Source: an uncultured Bifidobacteriaceae bacterium (GTDB lineage Bacteria; Acidobacteriota; Vicinamibacteria; Vicinamibacterales; UBA2999). From it: DNA of 64,000 nt. The position numbers were made by a program, and so were the translations under genes. Below the pieces are notes generated by a model. That model was not told the DNA's origin, did no database searches, and saw nothing but the letters and a program-made list of their open reading frames with translations. The stretch is taken from contig CAYJPQ010000001.1 of the NCBI GenBank assembly GCA_964372085.1, forward strand, positions 80,435 to 144,434. The letters are read 5' to 3'. Positions 46,183 to 54,643 of this stretch are shown here, one piece after another (position 1 is the stretch's first letter; the number at the start of each line of letters is the position of its first letter).

Positions 46183-47544
46183 TCAGAACGGGACCTTTGT
46201 CAGCAGCTTTGTCGGGGCCGCGTCGGAGCTCGCCGGAGGCGCCGCGGTCGCATTCGCCGACGCCGCGCTCGCCGTGGGCGCCGGCGCCGGCGGCGTCTTC
46301 GCGGGCGGCTGGGGCGGGATCGCGCGATCGGCGCGCGCGGTCGACGCCGGCGGCACCGTGGGCGCACCCGACGGCGTCGAGGGACTGGCGGAGGTCGACG
46401 AGGCTGCGTTCGCGGCGGGCTCCCGCGCGGAGACGACCGCGCTCGGGGCGGGCTCCGCCGGCTCGGGGGGCGCCGTCGCGACCACGGCCGACGTGGCCGC
46501 GTCCGGCGACGGAGACGCCGGCTTCCCGAACGCGAGCACCCCGAGCGCGACGGCCGCGACCACGCCCGCGGCGGCGACGGCGACACGCGAGCGCGGCCGG
46601 GGGCTCCCCGCCGCGCCGCCGGTGGTCTCGCCGCTCGGGTTCGGCGTCGGCGCGGCCGAGAGGAATCGCGCCGGCGCGGCCCGGCCCACCCGCGCGCCGG
46701 CCGCGGCGCTCGGCGCTCCGGCGAGCGCCTCGAGGACCTCGCGCGCAGTGCCCGGCCGATCCGCGGGATCGATCGAGAGCAGCTCGCCGACGAGCCGCGC
46801 CACCGGCTCGGGCGTCGTGGGCACGCGCGCGGCGAGCGGCTCCAGCTTGCCGTTGGTCAAGAGGCGCAGCACCTGCCCGAGGTTCTCGGCCTGCGTCGGC
46901 GGCGCGCCGGCCAGGCACTCGTAGAGGATGACCCCGACGGCCCAGAGGTCGGCGCGCGCGTCGATGGGATCGCCGAACGCCTGCTCGGGCGCCATGTAGT
47001 AGGGCGTGCCGATCATCGCGCCCGTCGCGGTGAGCGCGCCGGACGCGCCGGGGACGCCCTCGGGGGCGACCACCTTGGCGACGCCGAAGTCGAGGATCTT
47101 CACCTCGCCGCCGTCGAGGAGGAAGAGGTTGTCCGGCTTGAGATCGCGGTGGACGATCCCGGCGGCATGCGCGGCCTCGAGCCCGCCGAGCACGGCGCGC
47201 ACGATGCGCAGCGCCTCGTCCAGGGGAAGCACCCGCTCGCGCGCGAGGCGCGCGCGCAGCGACTCGCCCTCGAGCAGGTCCATCACCAGGACCGGCGATC
47301 CGTCGTCGGCCTCGAGCACGTCGTGGACCGCGAGGATGCTCGGGTGGAGGGCGGCGCAGGCGGCCCGCGCCTCGCGCAGCATCCGCCGGCGGGCGCTCGC
47401 GTCGTCGCCGGTCGCGTGGAGGAGCTTGAGGGCGAAGGCCTTGCCCGTGACCGTGTGCCGCGCCGCCCAGACGCTGCCCATCCCGCCCTTGCCGAGAAGG
47501 CGCTCGAGGCGGTAGCGCTGGGCGATGACGTCTCCCGGCCCCAT
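46183..47544 (-). CDS. Ser/Thr protein kinase with Ala/Pro-rich C-terminal region
   Basis: 453 aa. GKGGMGSVW, ALK, HRDLKPDN, DFG, APE, and a low-complexity tail. Confidence 0.88.
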   Translation of the reverse strand: MGPGDVIAQRYRLERLLGKGGMGSVWAARHTVTGKAFALKLLHATGDDASARRRMLREARAACAALHPSILAVHDVLEADDGSPVLVMDLLEGESLRARLARERVLPLDEALRIVRAVLGGLEAAHAAGIVHRDLKPDNLFLLDGGEVKILDFGVAKVVAPEGVPGASGALTATGAMIGTPYYMAPEQAFGDPIDARADLWAVGVILYECLAGAPPTQAENLGQVLRLLTNGKLEPLAARVPTTPEPVARLVGELLSIDPADRPGTAREVLEALAGAPSAAAGARVGRAAPARFLSAAPTPNPSGETTGGAAGSPRPRSRVAVAAAGVVAAVALGVLAFGKPASPSPDAATSAVVATAPPEPAEPAPSAVVSAREPAANAASSTSASPSTPSGAPTVPPASTARADRAIPPQPPAKTPPAPAPTASAASANATAAPPASSDAAPTKLLTKVPF

Positions 47545-47588
47545 GGGCCCGGTGTAGCACCGGGCGGCGCGGGAAGGGATGACCTCAC

Positions 47589-47612
47589 CCCCTCTCCCTC
47601 ACGGGAGAGGGG
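47589..47612 (-). terminator. perfect 10-bp GC-rich hairpin downstream of uvrD
   Basis: CCCCTCTCCC-TCAC-GGGAGAGGGG, 25 nt past the reverse-strand uvrD stop. No U-tract. Confidence 0.4.
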
Positions 47613-47636
47613 AAGGAGCGGAGAGAGCGGGGTTCG

Positions 47637-50009
47637 TCAGAGGCGCAGGAACCGGAGCTTGATCCGCTTCACGCCCCAGCCGGGGAACTGGACCGAGGCG
47701 GTCGGGTCGTCGCCGCCGTCGACGCTCACGAGCTTGCCGGTGCCGAACTTCTCGTGGCTGACGCGGGCGCCGGGGCGCAGCGGGCCGTGGCCGCTTTCAT
47801 CCACGCCGGGGTCGCGCTCGACGTAGCGCTCGCCCGGAGCGTGGGACGGCTCCTCGCGGGCACGCGACGAGGCGGGCGCGTCGTAGCGCCGCTCTTCGAT
47901 GCGGGATCGGGGGCCGCCGTCGTCGGGGCCCGCGTGACCGCCGGACCGCGCCTGCGGGTGCGTCCAGGCGTCGCGGAGCCGGTCGAAGCTCGGGAGCCGA
48001 TCGACGCGGCGCTCGCCCACGCCCATCTGGCGCGCGGTGTCGGTCGCCATCGGCCGCACCGACGTCTTCGGGAGATCGCGGAGGAAGCGGCTGGGCACGC
48101 CGTAGCGGGTGGTGCCGAAGATCATCCGCCGCTGGGCGTGGGTGACGAAGAGGCGCTCGCGGGCGCGCGTGACGGCGACGTAGGCGAGGCGACGCTCCTC
48201 CTCGAGCTCCTCGGCTTCCTTCGGGTCGAGCCCGCGGAAGGGGAAGATCTCCTCCTCCATCCCGGTGAGGAACACGGCGTGGAACTCGAGCCCCTTGGCC
48301 GCGTGCACCGTCATCATCGCGACCTTGGGCGCGTCGGCGAGCTGATCGACGTCGCTCGAGAGCGTGACGCGCTCGAGATAGCCGTCGAGCGTCCCCACCT
48401 CGCCCGCCGCCGCGGCCTCCTCCTCGTACTCGGCGATGGAGCCGAGGAGCTCGTCGAGGTTCTGCAGTCGCGCCTCGCTCTCGGCGCTGTCGTCCTCGGC
48501 GAGCCAGCTCGCGTAGCCGGTCCGCTCCAGCACCTCCTCGGCGAGCACGTGCGGCGAGGCCGTCCGCGCCTCGCCGATGAGCCCCTGGAGCAGATCGCGG
48601 AAGGCGAGCAGGCTCTTCTTGGCCGCGGTCCCGACCGCCCCGCTCTGGCATGCCGGCTCGATGGCGTCGTAGAGCGACGTCTTGCGCTCGTCGGCGACCG
48701 CCGTCACGCGCGCCATCGTGGTGTCGCCGATCTTTCGGGAGGGCACGTTGACGATGCGGGCGAGGTCGACGTCGCTCCTCGGGTTGGAGATGACGCGGAG
48801 GTACGAGAGCAGGTCCTTGATCTCGGCGCGCTCGAAGAAGCGGGTGCCCCCGATGATCTGGTAAGGGATCCGCGCCGCGCGCATCACCTCCTCGAGCACG
48901 CGCGACTGGGCGTGGACGCGGTAGAAGACCGCGATGTCGCGCGGCGAGATCCCGCGGTCGATGAGCTCCTTCAGCCGCTCGACCACCCACGCCGCCTCGT
49001 CGCGCTCGCTCTCGGCGGCGACGACGTGGATGGGCTCGCCGTCGTTGCGCGCCGTCCACAGCTCCTTCGGCTCGCGATCGCGGGCGGGGCGGATGACGCC
49101 GAGGCCGCCCTTCACGATGTGCCCGGTCGAGCGGTAGTTCTGCTCGAGCTTGATCACCGTCGCTTCCGGGAAGTCGCGCCGGAAGTTGCGGATGTTGCGC
49201 ACGTCGGCGCCGCGCCAGCGGTAGATGCTCTGGTCGTCGTCGCCGACCACGCAGAGGTTCTTCCGCTCGCCGGCGAAGGCGCGGACGAGGCGGTACTGGA
49301 CGAGGTTCACGTCCTGGAACTCGTCGACGAGCACGTAGCGGAAGCGCCGGCGGAGCTCCTCCCCCGCGGGGATCGTCGGGTCCTCGGCGATGCGGAGGAC
49401 GGCGAGCAAGAGGTCCTCGAAGTCGACCGCGTTCGCGTCGCGGAGGTGGCGCTGGTACGCCTCGAAGCAGCGCCCGATGGCGTCGTCGAGGTAGCCCTCG
49501 GCGACGAACTGCTCCGGGCCCCGCGCCTCCTGCTTCTCCTTGTGGATGCGCGCCAGGATCTGCCGGGGCGGGTAGCGCTTGTCGTCGAGGTCGAGCTCCT
49601 TGAGGACGCGGTTCATGACGGCGCGCTGGTCGGCGTCGTCGTAGATGACGAAGCTGCGCTCGAGCCCGGCCGCGTCGTGGTGGCGGCGCAGCAGCCGGGC
49701 GCACACCGCGTGGAAGGTGCCGACCCAGAGGTCCTTGGCGACCTCGACGCCGAGCAGGCCCTCGAGGCGGCGCTTCATCTCGCCCGCCGCCTTGTTGGTG
49801 AACGTCACCGCGAGCACCCGGTAGGGCGGGACGCGGTGGCCCGCGACCAGGTTGGCGATGCGGTAGGTGATGACGCGGGTCTTCCCGCTCCCGGCGCCCG
49901 CGAACACCAAGAGGGGTCCGTCGACGTGGGCGACGGCGCTCGCCTGCGGCTCGTTGAGCTCCGGCGGCCCCTCGGGCGGCTCGGGCGAGGAGAGCTCGGC
50001 GTCGATCAT
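47637..50009 (-). CDS. uvrD: ATP-dependent DNA helicase UvrD/PcrA
   Basis: Start set at ATG 50009 (MIDAELSS...), 790 aa. Walker A GAGSGKTRV, motif II VDEFQD, and a C-terminal Tudor-like GARVSHEKFGTGKLV. The track start at 50183 would overlap the divergent gene. Confidence 0.93.
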   Translation of the reverse strand: MIDAELSSPEPPEGPPELNEPQASAVAHVDGPLLVFAGAGSGKTRVITYRIANLVAGHRVPPYRVLAVTFTNKAAGEMKRRLEGLLGVEVAKDLWVGTFHAVCARLLRRHHDAAGLERSFVIYDDADQRAVMNRVLKELDLDDKRYPPRQILARIHKEKQEARGPEQFVAEGYLDDAIGRCFEAYQRHLRDANAVDFEDLLLAVLRIAEDPTIPAGEELRRRFRYVLVDEFQDVNLVQYRLVRAFAGERKNLCVVGDDDQSIYRWRGADVRNIRNFRRDFPEATVIKLEQNYRSTGHIVKGGLGVIRPARDREPKELWTARNDGEPIHVVAAESERDEAAWVVERLKELIDRGISPRDIAVFYRVHAQSRVLEEVMRAARIPYQIIGGTRFFERAEIKDLLSYLRVISNPRSDVDLARIVNVPSRKIGDTTMARVTAVADERKTSLYDAIEPACQSGAVGTAAKKSLLAFRDLLQGLIGEARTASPHVLAEEVLERTGYASWLAEDDSAESEARLQNLDELLGSIAEYEEEAAAAGEVGTLDGYLERVTLSSDVDQLADAPKVAMMTVHAAKGLEFHAVFLTGMEEEIFPFRGLDPKEAEELEEERRLAYVAVTRARERLFVTHAQRRMIFGTTRYGVPSRFLRDLPKTSVRPMATDTARQMGVGERRVDRLPSFDRLRDAWTHPQARSGGHAGPDDGGPRSRIEERRYDAPASSRAREEPSHAPGERYVERDPGVDESGHGPLRPGARVSHEKFGTGKLVSVDGGDDPTASVQFPGWGVKRIKLRFLRL

Positions 50010-50166
50010 CCCCTGCTCGGTTAGCACGGCGGGGCGCGCTTGGGGAGCGGCGGAGGGCGCACCGCCGGACGGCGCGACGCGCGCATGATCGCCGTGGGAT
50101 CCGGACAAACTGTGGAGAGTTGTGCTCTTGACGCGGGCGCGCAGGCCCATCACGGGAGAGGGCGAC

Positions 50167-52284
50167 ATGCGCATCGCGCTCACCTACAACCTGAAGCTCA
50201 GCGGCTCCGCCGAAGAGGCGGAGTTCGACAGCCCGGAGACCATCGACGCGCTCGCCGCAGCGCTCTCCCGGGCCGGACACGAGGTCGAGCGCATCGAGGT
50301 CTCGGGGCCTCCCTCGCGCGTGGTCGCGCGCCTCGAGGCGCTCGCGCCCGACCTCATCTTCAACACCGCCGAGGGCCACAAGGGCAAGACGCGCGAGGCG
50401 TTCTACCCCGCGCTCTTCGACGAGCTCGGGATCCCGTACACCGGCTCGGACGCGTACGCGCTCTGCGTGACGCTCGACAAGCTCCTCACCAAGCGCATCC
50501 TCTCGAGCTACGGCGTCCCCACGCCCCGCGCGCGGCTGGTCACGCGCGCCACCATCGAGAGCGGCGCGCTCGACGACATGATCTTCCCGGCCATCGTCAA
50601 GCCCAACTTCGAGGGCTCGTCCAAGGGCATCAGCGAGTCGAGCGTGGTCGAGGACGCCTACGAGCTCTCCTCGCGCGTCGACCGCCAGCTCGATCGCTAC
50701 GAGGCGGGCCTCCTCGTCGAGCGCTACGTGCCCGGGACCGACGTGTCCTGCTCCTTCGTCGACGGCATCGAGCCCGACGGCGTCCTCGAGCCGATCGAGT
50801 ACGTGATCGATCCCCAGTTCGCCGGCGCGTACAACGTCTACGACTACAACCTCAAGAACATCAAGCCCGAGCACGTCACCCTGCGCCCCGCCGAGTTCCC
50901 GCGCGCGGTGATCGAGCGCATCCAGGCGCTCACCCGCCGCATCGTCCGCGCCCTCGACCTCAAGGACCACGCCCGCTGCGAGTTCCGGGTCACCCCCGGC
51001 TCGGCGAGCCGGGGCCCCGAGGTGCAGTTCCTCGAGGTCGACGCCCTCCCCAGCCTCGAGAACGGCCTGGGCACGTTCATCTCGGCGAAGCGGCGCGGCG
51101 TCGACTACGACGGCGTGGTCCGCGCCATCGTCAAGAGCGCCTGCAAGCGCCGCGGCATCCCGCTCGGCGAGCCGGGCGCGACCAAGAAGCGCCGCGCCGC
51201 CGCCGCGCTCCGGGTGGGCCTCACCTTCAACATGAAGCGCATCGACACGTCGGGCGGCGACGACGCCGAGGCCGAGTTCGACTCCCCGAAGACGATCCAG
51301 GCGATCAGCCGCGCCATCGAGAGCTACGGCCACACCGTGGTGATGCTCGAGGCGAACGCCGACCTGCCCCACGCGCTCACCGCCGCCGCGCCCGACGTCG
51401 TCTTCAACATCGCCGAGGGCCACCACGGCCGCGGCCGCGAGGCGCACGTGCCGGCGCTCTGCGAGCTCCTCGGCATCCCCTACAGCGGCTCGGACGCGAC
51501 GACGCTCTCGCTCTGCCTCGACAAGGGCCTCACCAAGCAGATCCTCCGCGCCGCCGGGATCCAGACGCCCGAGTGGCAGATGCTCACCACCGGCCGCGAG
51601 AAGCTCCGCGCCTTCCGCTACCCTGTCATCGTCAAGCCGAACGCCGAGGGCACCTCGAAGGGCATCACCTCGGCCTCGGTGGTCGAGGACGAGGCCGCCG
51701 CGCGCGCCGCGGCCAAGGCGCTCGTCGACAAGTACGGCCAGCCCGCCCTCGTCGAGGAGTACGTCGACGGGCGCGAGCTCACCGTGGGCCTCCTCGGCGA
51801 GCGCCGGCCCAAGGTGCTCCCGCCGATGGAGGTCGTCTTCGTCGATCCCTCGGCCCACCCCGTCTACGGCTTCGAGGAGAAGCAGGCCGACACCACCAAG
51901 GTGCGCTTCGAGTGCCCGGCGCAGCTCTCGCCGGCCGAGCTCAAGCGAGTGGAGAAGGTCGTCCGCGACACCTTCGCCGCGCTCGACTGCCGCGACGTGG
52001 CGCGCATCGATCTCCGCCTCGCCAAGGACGGCACGGTCTACGTCATCGAGGTCAACCCGCTCCCCGGCCTCACCCCGGACTTCAGCGATCTCTGCGTCAT
52101 CGCCAAGGTCGTGGGGATGGACCACCGCACGCTCATCGGCGAGATCCTCGCGCCGTCGATCAAGCGCCATCGCGAGGCCAAGGCCGCCGCTGCTCCCACG
52201 AACGGCGACGCGCCGCCGCCCGGCGCGCGGAGCTCGGATCGCCCCCCGACCGTGCAGGCCGTGAAGCTCGCGAACGGCCACTGA
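50167..52284 (+). CDS. tandem double D-Ala-D-Ala-ligase-like ATP-grasp protein
   Basis: Internal ATG 50167 (MRIALTYNLK...), 705 aa. Two colinear Ddl-like halves, each beginning (I/V)(A/G)LT(Y/F)N(L/M)K...AEFDSP(E/K)TI...FN(T/I)AEGH.G..REA..PAL.E.LGIPY(T/S)GSD. Confidence 0.85.
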   Translation: MRIALTYNLKLSGSAEEAEFDSPETIDALAAALSRAGHEVERIEVSGPPSRVVARLEALAPDLIFNTAEGHKGKTREAFYPALFDELGIPYTGSDAYALCVTLDKLLTKRILSSYGVPTPRARLVTRATIESGALDDMIFPAIVKPNFEGSSKGISESSVVEDAYELSSRVDRQLDRYEAGLLVERYVPGTDVSCSFVDGIEPDGVLEPIEYVIDPQFAGAYNVYDYNLKNIKPEHVTLRPAEFPRAVIERIQALTRRIVRALDLKDHARCEFRVTPGSASRGPEVQFLEVDALPSLENGLGTFISAKRRGVDYDGVVRAIVKSACKRRGIPLGEPGATKKRRAAAALRVGLTFNMKRIDTSGGDDAEAEFDSPKTIQAISRAIESYGHTVVMLEANADLPHALTAAAPDVVFNIAEGHHGRGREAHVPALCELLGIPYSGSDATTLSLCLDKGLTKQILRAAGIQTPEWQMLTTGREKLRAFRYPVIVKPNAEGTSKGITSASVVEDEAAARAAAKALVDKYGQPALVEEYVDGRELTVGLLGERRPKVLPPMEVVFVDPSAHPVYGFEEKQADTTKVRFECPAQLSPAELKRVEKVVRDTFAALDCRDVARIDLRLAKDGTVYVIEVNPLPGLTPDFSDLCVIAKVVGMDHRTLIGEILAPSIKRHREAKAAAAPTNGDAPPPGARSSDRPPTVQAVKLANGH

Positions 52285-52346
52285 AGAGGAGTCGGACAAT
52301 CGTCCGACCCACGCCGCTCGAGGCCCGAGGTCCGACGCCTCTTCAG
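52281..52346 (+). terminator. 17-bp (one mismatch) stem-loop starting on the stop codon of the ATP-grasp gene
   Basis: CTGAAGAGGAGTCGGAC (52281-52297) pairs with GTCCGACGCCTCTTCAG (52330-52346). An alternative inner hairpin is GTCGGAC-AATC-GTCCGAC (52291-52308). The G/C tract begins 5 nt downstream. Confidence 0.45.
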
Positions 52347-52351
52347 TCCCC

Positions 52352-52424
52352 GGGGGCGCGGGGGGGCCCCCCCCCCCCCCGCCCCCCCCCCGCGGGCGGG
52401 GGGGGGGGCGCCCCCCCCCCCCCC
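52352..52424. repeat. composite G/C homopolymer tract (junction 2)
   Basis: Counted by hand: G5-CGC-G7-C14-G-C10-GC-G3-C-G9-CGC-C16. It shares modules, order and orientation with 42377-42443. Confidence 0.9.
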
Positions 52425-52555
52425 CCTCGCGACCGCCGCATGGATCAGACCAACACGCCTCGCGCAGCGCGGACGGATGCGGTCCGTCGCGCGCGAAGCG
52501 CACACCCCGCCCGGCGCGCGGCTTGCGACGGTTCGATCCGTCGGGGGTCTCGCGC

Positions 52556-52951
52556 ATGGGGGTGTTCGCCAGCAGAAACAGGAAGCGCGCCGCGGCGGGC
52601 GCGGCGCTCCTCGTCGCCGCCGCGGCCGCCGGCTCGTGCGCGCTCGAGCGCCGGCCGTACCTGCCCGATCCGCGGCCCGGCGTGCCGGCCTACTGGGAGT
52701 CCAGCCTCCCGCCGAGCGCGACCGAGGCGGTGGACGAAGACGGTGGCGCGTCCGACGCCGCGATGGACGGCGCCGCGGGCGAGAAGCGCGACGCGGCGCC
52801 CTCTCCGCCGCCGCCCGAGAAGTACCTCTGGGAGGACCCGCCCGCGCCGACGGTGCCGGTGATCGAGCGGCCGCCGCCGCCCGGCCCGCCCGATTCGCAG
52901 ATCCCGCTGCGCGACGACGTGCAGCACGACGTCGAGCCTCTCAAACATTAG
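52556..52951 (+). CDS. small Pro-rich lipoprotein (hypothetical)
   Basis: ATG 52556 (MGVFASRNRKRAAAGAALLVAAAAAGSC, lipobox-like), 131 aa. Very high third-position GC in this frame. No recognisable domain. Confidence 0.5.
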   Translation: MGVFASRNRKRAAAGAALLVAAAAAGSCALERRPYLPDPRPGVPAYWESSLPPSATEAVDEDGGASDAAMDGAAGEKRDAAPSPPPPEKYLWEDPPAPTVPVIERPPPPGPPDSQIPLRDDVQHDVEPLKH

Positions 52952-52970
52952 CGCCGCTCGCCTGCAACCG

Positions 52971-53043
52971 CGGGCAATTGACCCGACCGAAGCGAAGCGG
53001 AGGGCGGGTGTCCGGCCGGCGCGAGCCGGCCGGCAATTGCCCG
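52971..53043. terminator. nested palindromes between convergent genes (candidate bidirectional terminator)
   Basis: Outer pair CGGGCAATTG (52971-52980) and CAATTGCCCG (53034-53043). Inner hairpin CCGGCCGG-CGCGAG-CCGGCCGG (53012-53033). A further hairpin GGGGGC-GGA-GCCCCC lies at 53052-53066. Confidence 0.4.
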
Positions 53044-53077
53044 GGGGGTTTGGGGGCGGAGCCCCCATGTTGGGAGA

Positions 53078-54643
53078 TCAGTCGAGCACGGGCAGCGGGT
53101 TCGCCGAGTCGGGGAACATCTCGTGCGCCGCCATCTGGCGGGCGTCGAGGCGCGCCGCGAGCTTGGCCCGGCCCTTCGAGGTGGTCAGCTGCGCGGTCGC
53201 CTTCTCGAAGCGCAGCTTCGCCTCGGCGAAGTACGCGGCCCGGGGCTTCGCCAGCGAGGCGTCGGGGATGGCGCCGTCGAGGAGCGCGGCCAGGTAGGCC
53301 GAGCGCGGCGCCGACATCGCCGGGAGCGCGCCGGCCGCGTGCTTGGCAAGGAGCAGCTTGCGCAGGTGCGCGTCGACGTCGGCCGGCGCCGCCGGCAGGC
53401 CCTCCACCGCCTCGGCGTGGAGCGCGCAGCGCGCGCTCGAGAAGATGTCGTTCTCGTCGTCGACGAGGCGGATCGCCGTGATCGTCCGCGCCGTGAGGTA
53501 GCCCGTCTTCTGCAAGAAGGCCTCGATGCGCTTGTCCATCTCGGAGCGCACCGGCAGGAGCTCGAACGGCTCGGAGGGGTAGGCCGTCGGCTTCACGAAC
53601 CCTGCGCCCGACACCGCCGCCGGATCGACGAAGAGCTCGAGGGGCACGGTGTCCGACGAGCTCATGAAGCCGAGCTCGGTCTGGCAGAAGACCGACCGGA
53701 GCATCTGCGGCATCCCGCCCGGCTGCGTGCCGTCGAGCATCATCTGTCCGAAGCCCGAGCCGGCGGCGTCGCTCGCGCCGTACACCCAGGTCCGGATCGC
53801 GGCGCGCATGGTCTGCTCGAGATCGTTGGCGAGCGAGGAGCGCGAGTGCTCGCCGTGGAGCGCCGCCGCCTCGGTCACGATCGACGCCGTCTCGCCCGTC
53901 AGGCTCGACTCCTCGGGCAGCATCTTGTGGGTGCTGACCCAGTTGGTCCACGGCTCGGTCATCTCGTTCATGAGCGGGCCGCCGGCGACGTGGCAGTTGA
54001 AGCACCGGCGGTCCTCGCTGACGCGCTTGGTCGCGGCCTTGCCCGGGAGCTTCTCGAGCTCGAGCACCCGATCGGTGGCGTCGCGCATGATGCGCGTCAC
54101 GGTGCCGGGCTTGCCGCTGCCGTTCGACTCGAACACGTAGAAGTTGTAGAGGCCGGTCTTGGTGTCGAGGGCCATCACCTCGACCGGCTCGAGCACCATC
54201 GGATCCCCCTCGGCCGCGTGGGGCGCGTCGGGGCTCGAGACGAGCGCGACCATCAGGCTGAACGACTGGCGCACCGACTCGGGGTCCTGCCGGTCGGTGT
54301 TGCAGCCGGTGATCACGGCGCGCGGGAGCACCTGGCTCGTCGACTCCTGCTCGCCGGTGGCGCGGCTCGAGGGCTCCTCGACGACGAAGATCTCCTTCGA
54401 GTCCTGGCGGGCGCAGGCGCGCCCGATGCCGAAGAGCTTCTCCACCTCGGGGTAGGTGCCCGGGACCTTGTCCGGGCTCTTCTTGAGCACGTCGGCGACG
54501 CGGTCGTTGCCCCAGAGCGTCACCTTCTCGCGGACGTCCTGCTCGTCGCCCACGCCGGCGTCGTCGCCGCCGCAGCCGACCGCGGCCGCGGCGGACGCCG
54601 CCACGGCGAGCACGAGCCCCGCGAGACGCCGGGCCGTGCTCAC
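53078..54643 (-). CDS. lipoprotein with a single CxxCH motif (uncharacterised)
   Basis: GTG 54643 (VSTARRLAGLVLAVAASAAAAVGCGG, lipobox AVGC), 521 aa. One c-type-haem-like CFNCH. The start overlaps the stop of the upstream gene (GTGA). Confidence 0.75.
   Translation of the reverse strand: MSTARRLAGLVLAVAASAAAAVGCGGDDAGVGDEQDVREKVTLWGNDRVADVLKKSPDKVPGTYPEVEKLFGIGRACARQDSKEIFVVEEPSSRATGEQESTSQVLPRAVITGCNTDRQDPESVRQSFSLMVALVSSPDAPHAAEGDPMVLEPVEVMALDTKTGLYNFYVFESNGSGKPGTVTRIMRDATDRVLELEKLPGKAATKRVSEDRRCFNCHVAGGPLMNEMTEPWTNWVSTHKMLPEESSLTGETASIVTEAAALHGEHSRSSLANDLEQTMRAAIRTWVYGASDAAGSGFGQMMLDGTQPGGMPQMLRSVFCQTELGFMSSSDTVPLELFVDPAAVSGAGFVKPTAYPSEPFELLPVRSEMDKRIEAFLQKTGYLTARTITAIRLVDDENDIFSSARCALHAEAVEGLPAAPADVDAHLRKLLLAKHAAGALPAMSAPRSAYLAALLDGAIPDASLAKPRAAYFAEAKLRFEKATAQLTTSKGRAKLAARLDARQMAAHEMFPDSANPLPVLD

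Noticed and set aside
47797-52557. Very long alternative-frame or antisense ORFs from the track. Examples are 47797-52557(-) at 1586 aa, 945-3116(+), 10865-13171(-), 14708-17437(-), 20575-22632(-), 22428-24464(-), 32898-34757(-), 36935-38260(-), 47754-50024(+) and 60989-63232(-).
   Set aside because: They are Arg/Ala/Gly/Pro/His-rich with no motifs. They lie opposite to, or out of frame with, genes that have clear family signatures. These are the shadow ORFs expected in DNA with about 70% GC, where stop codons are rare.
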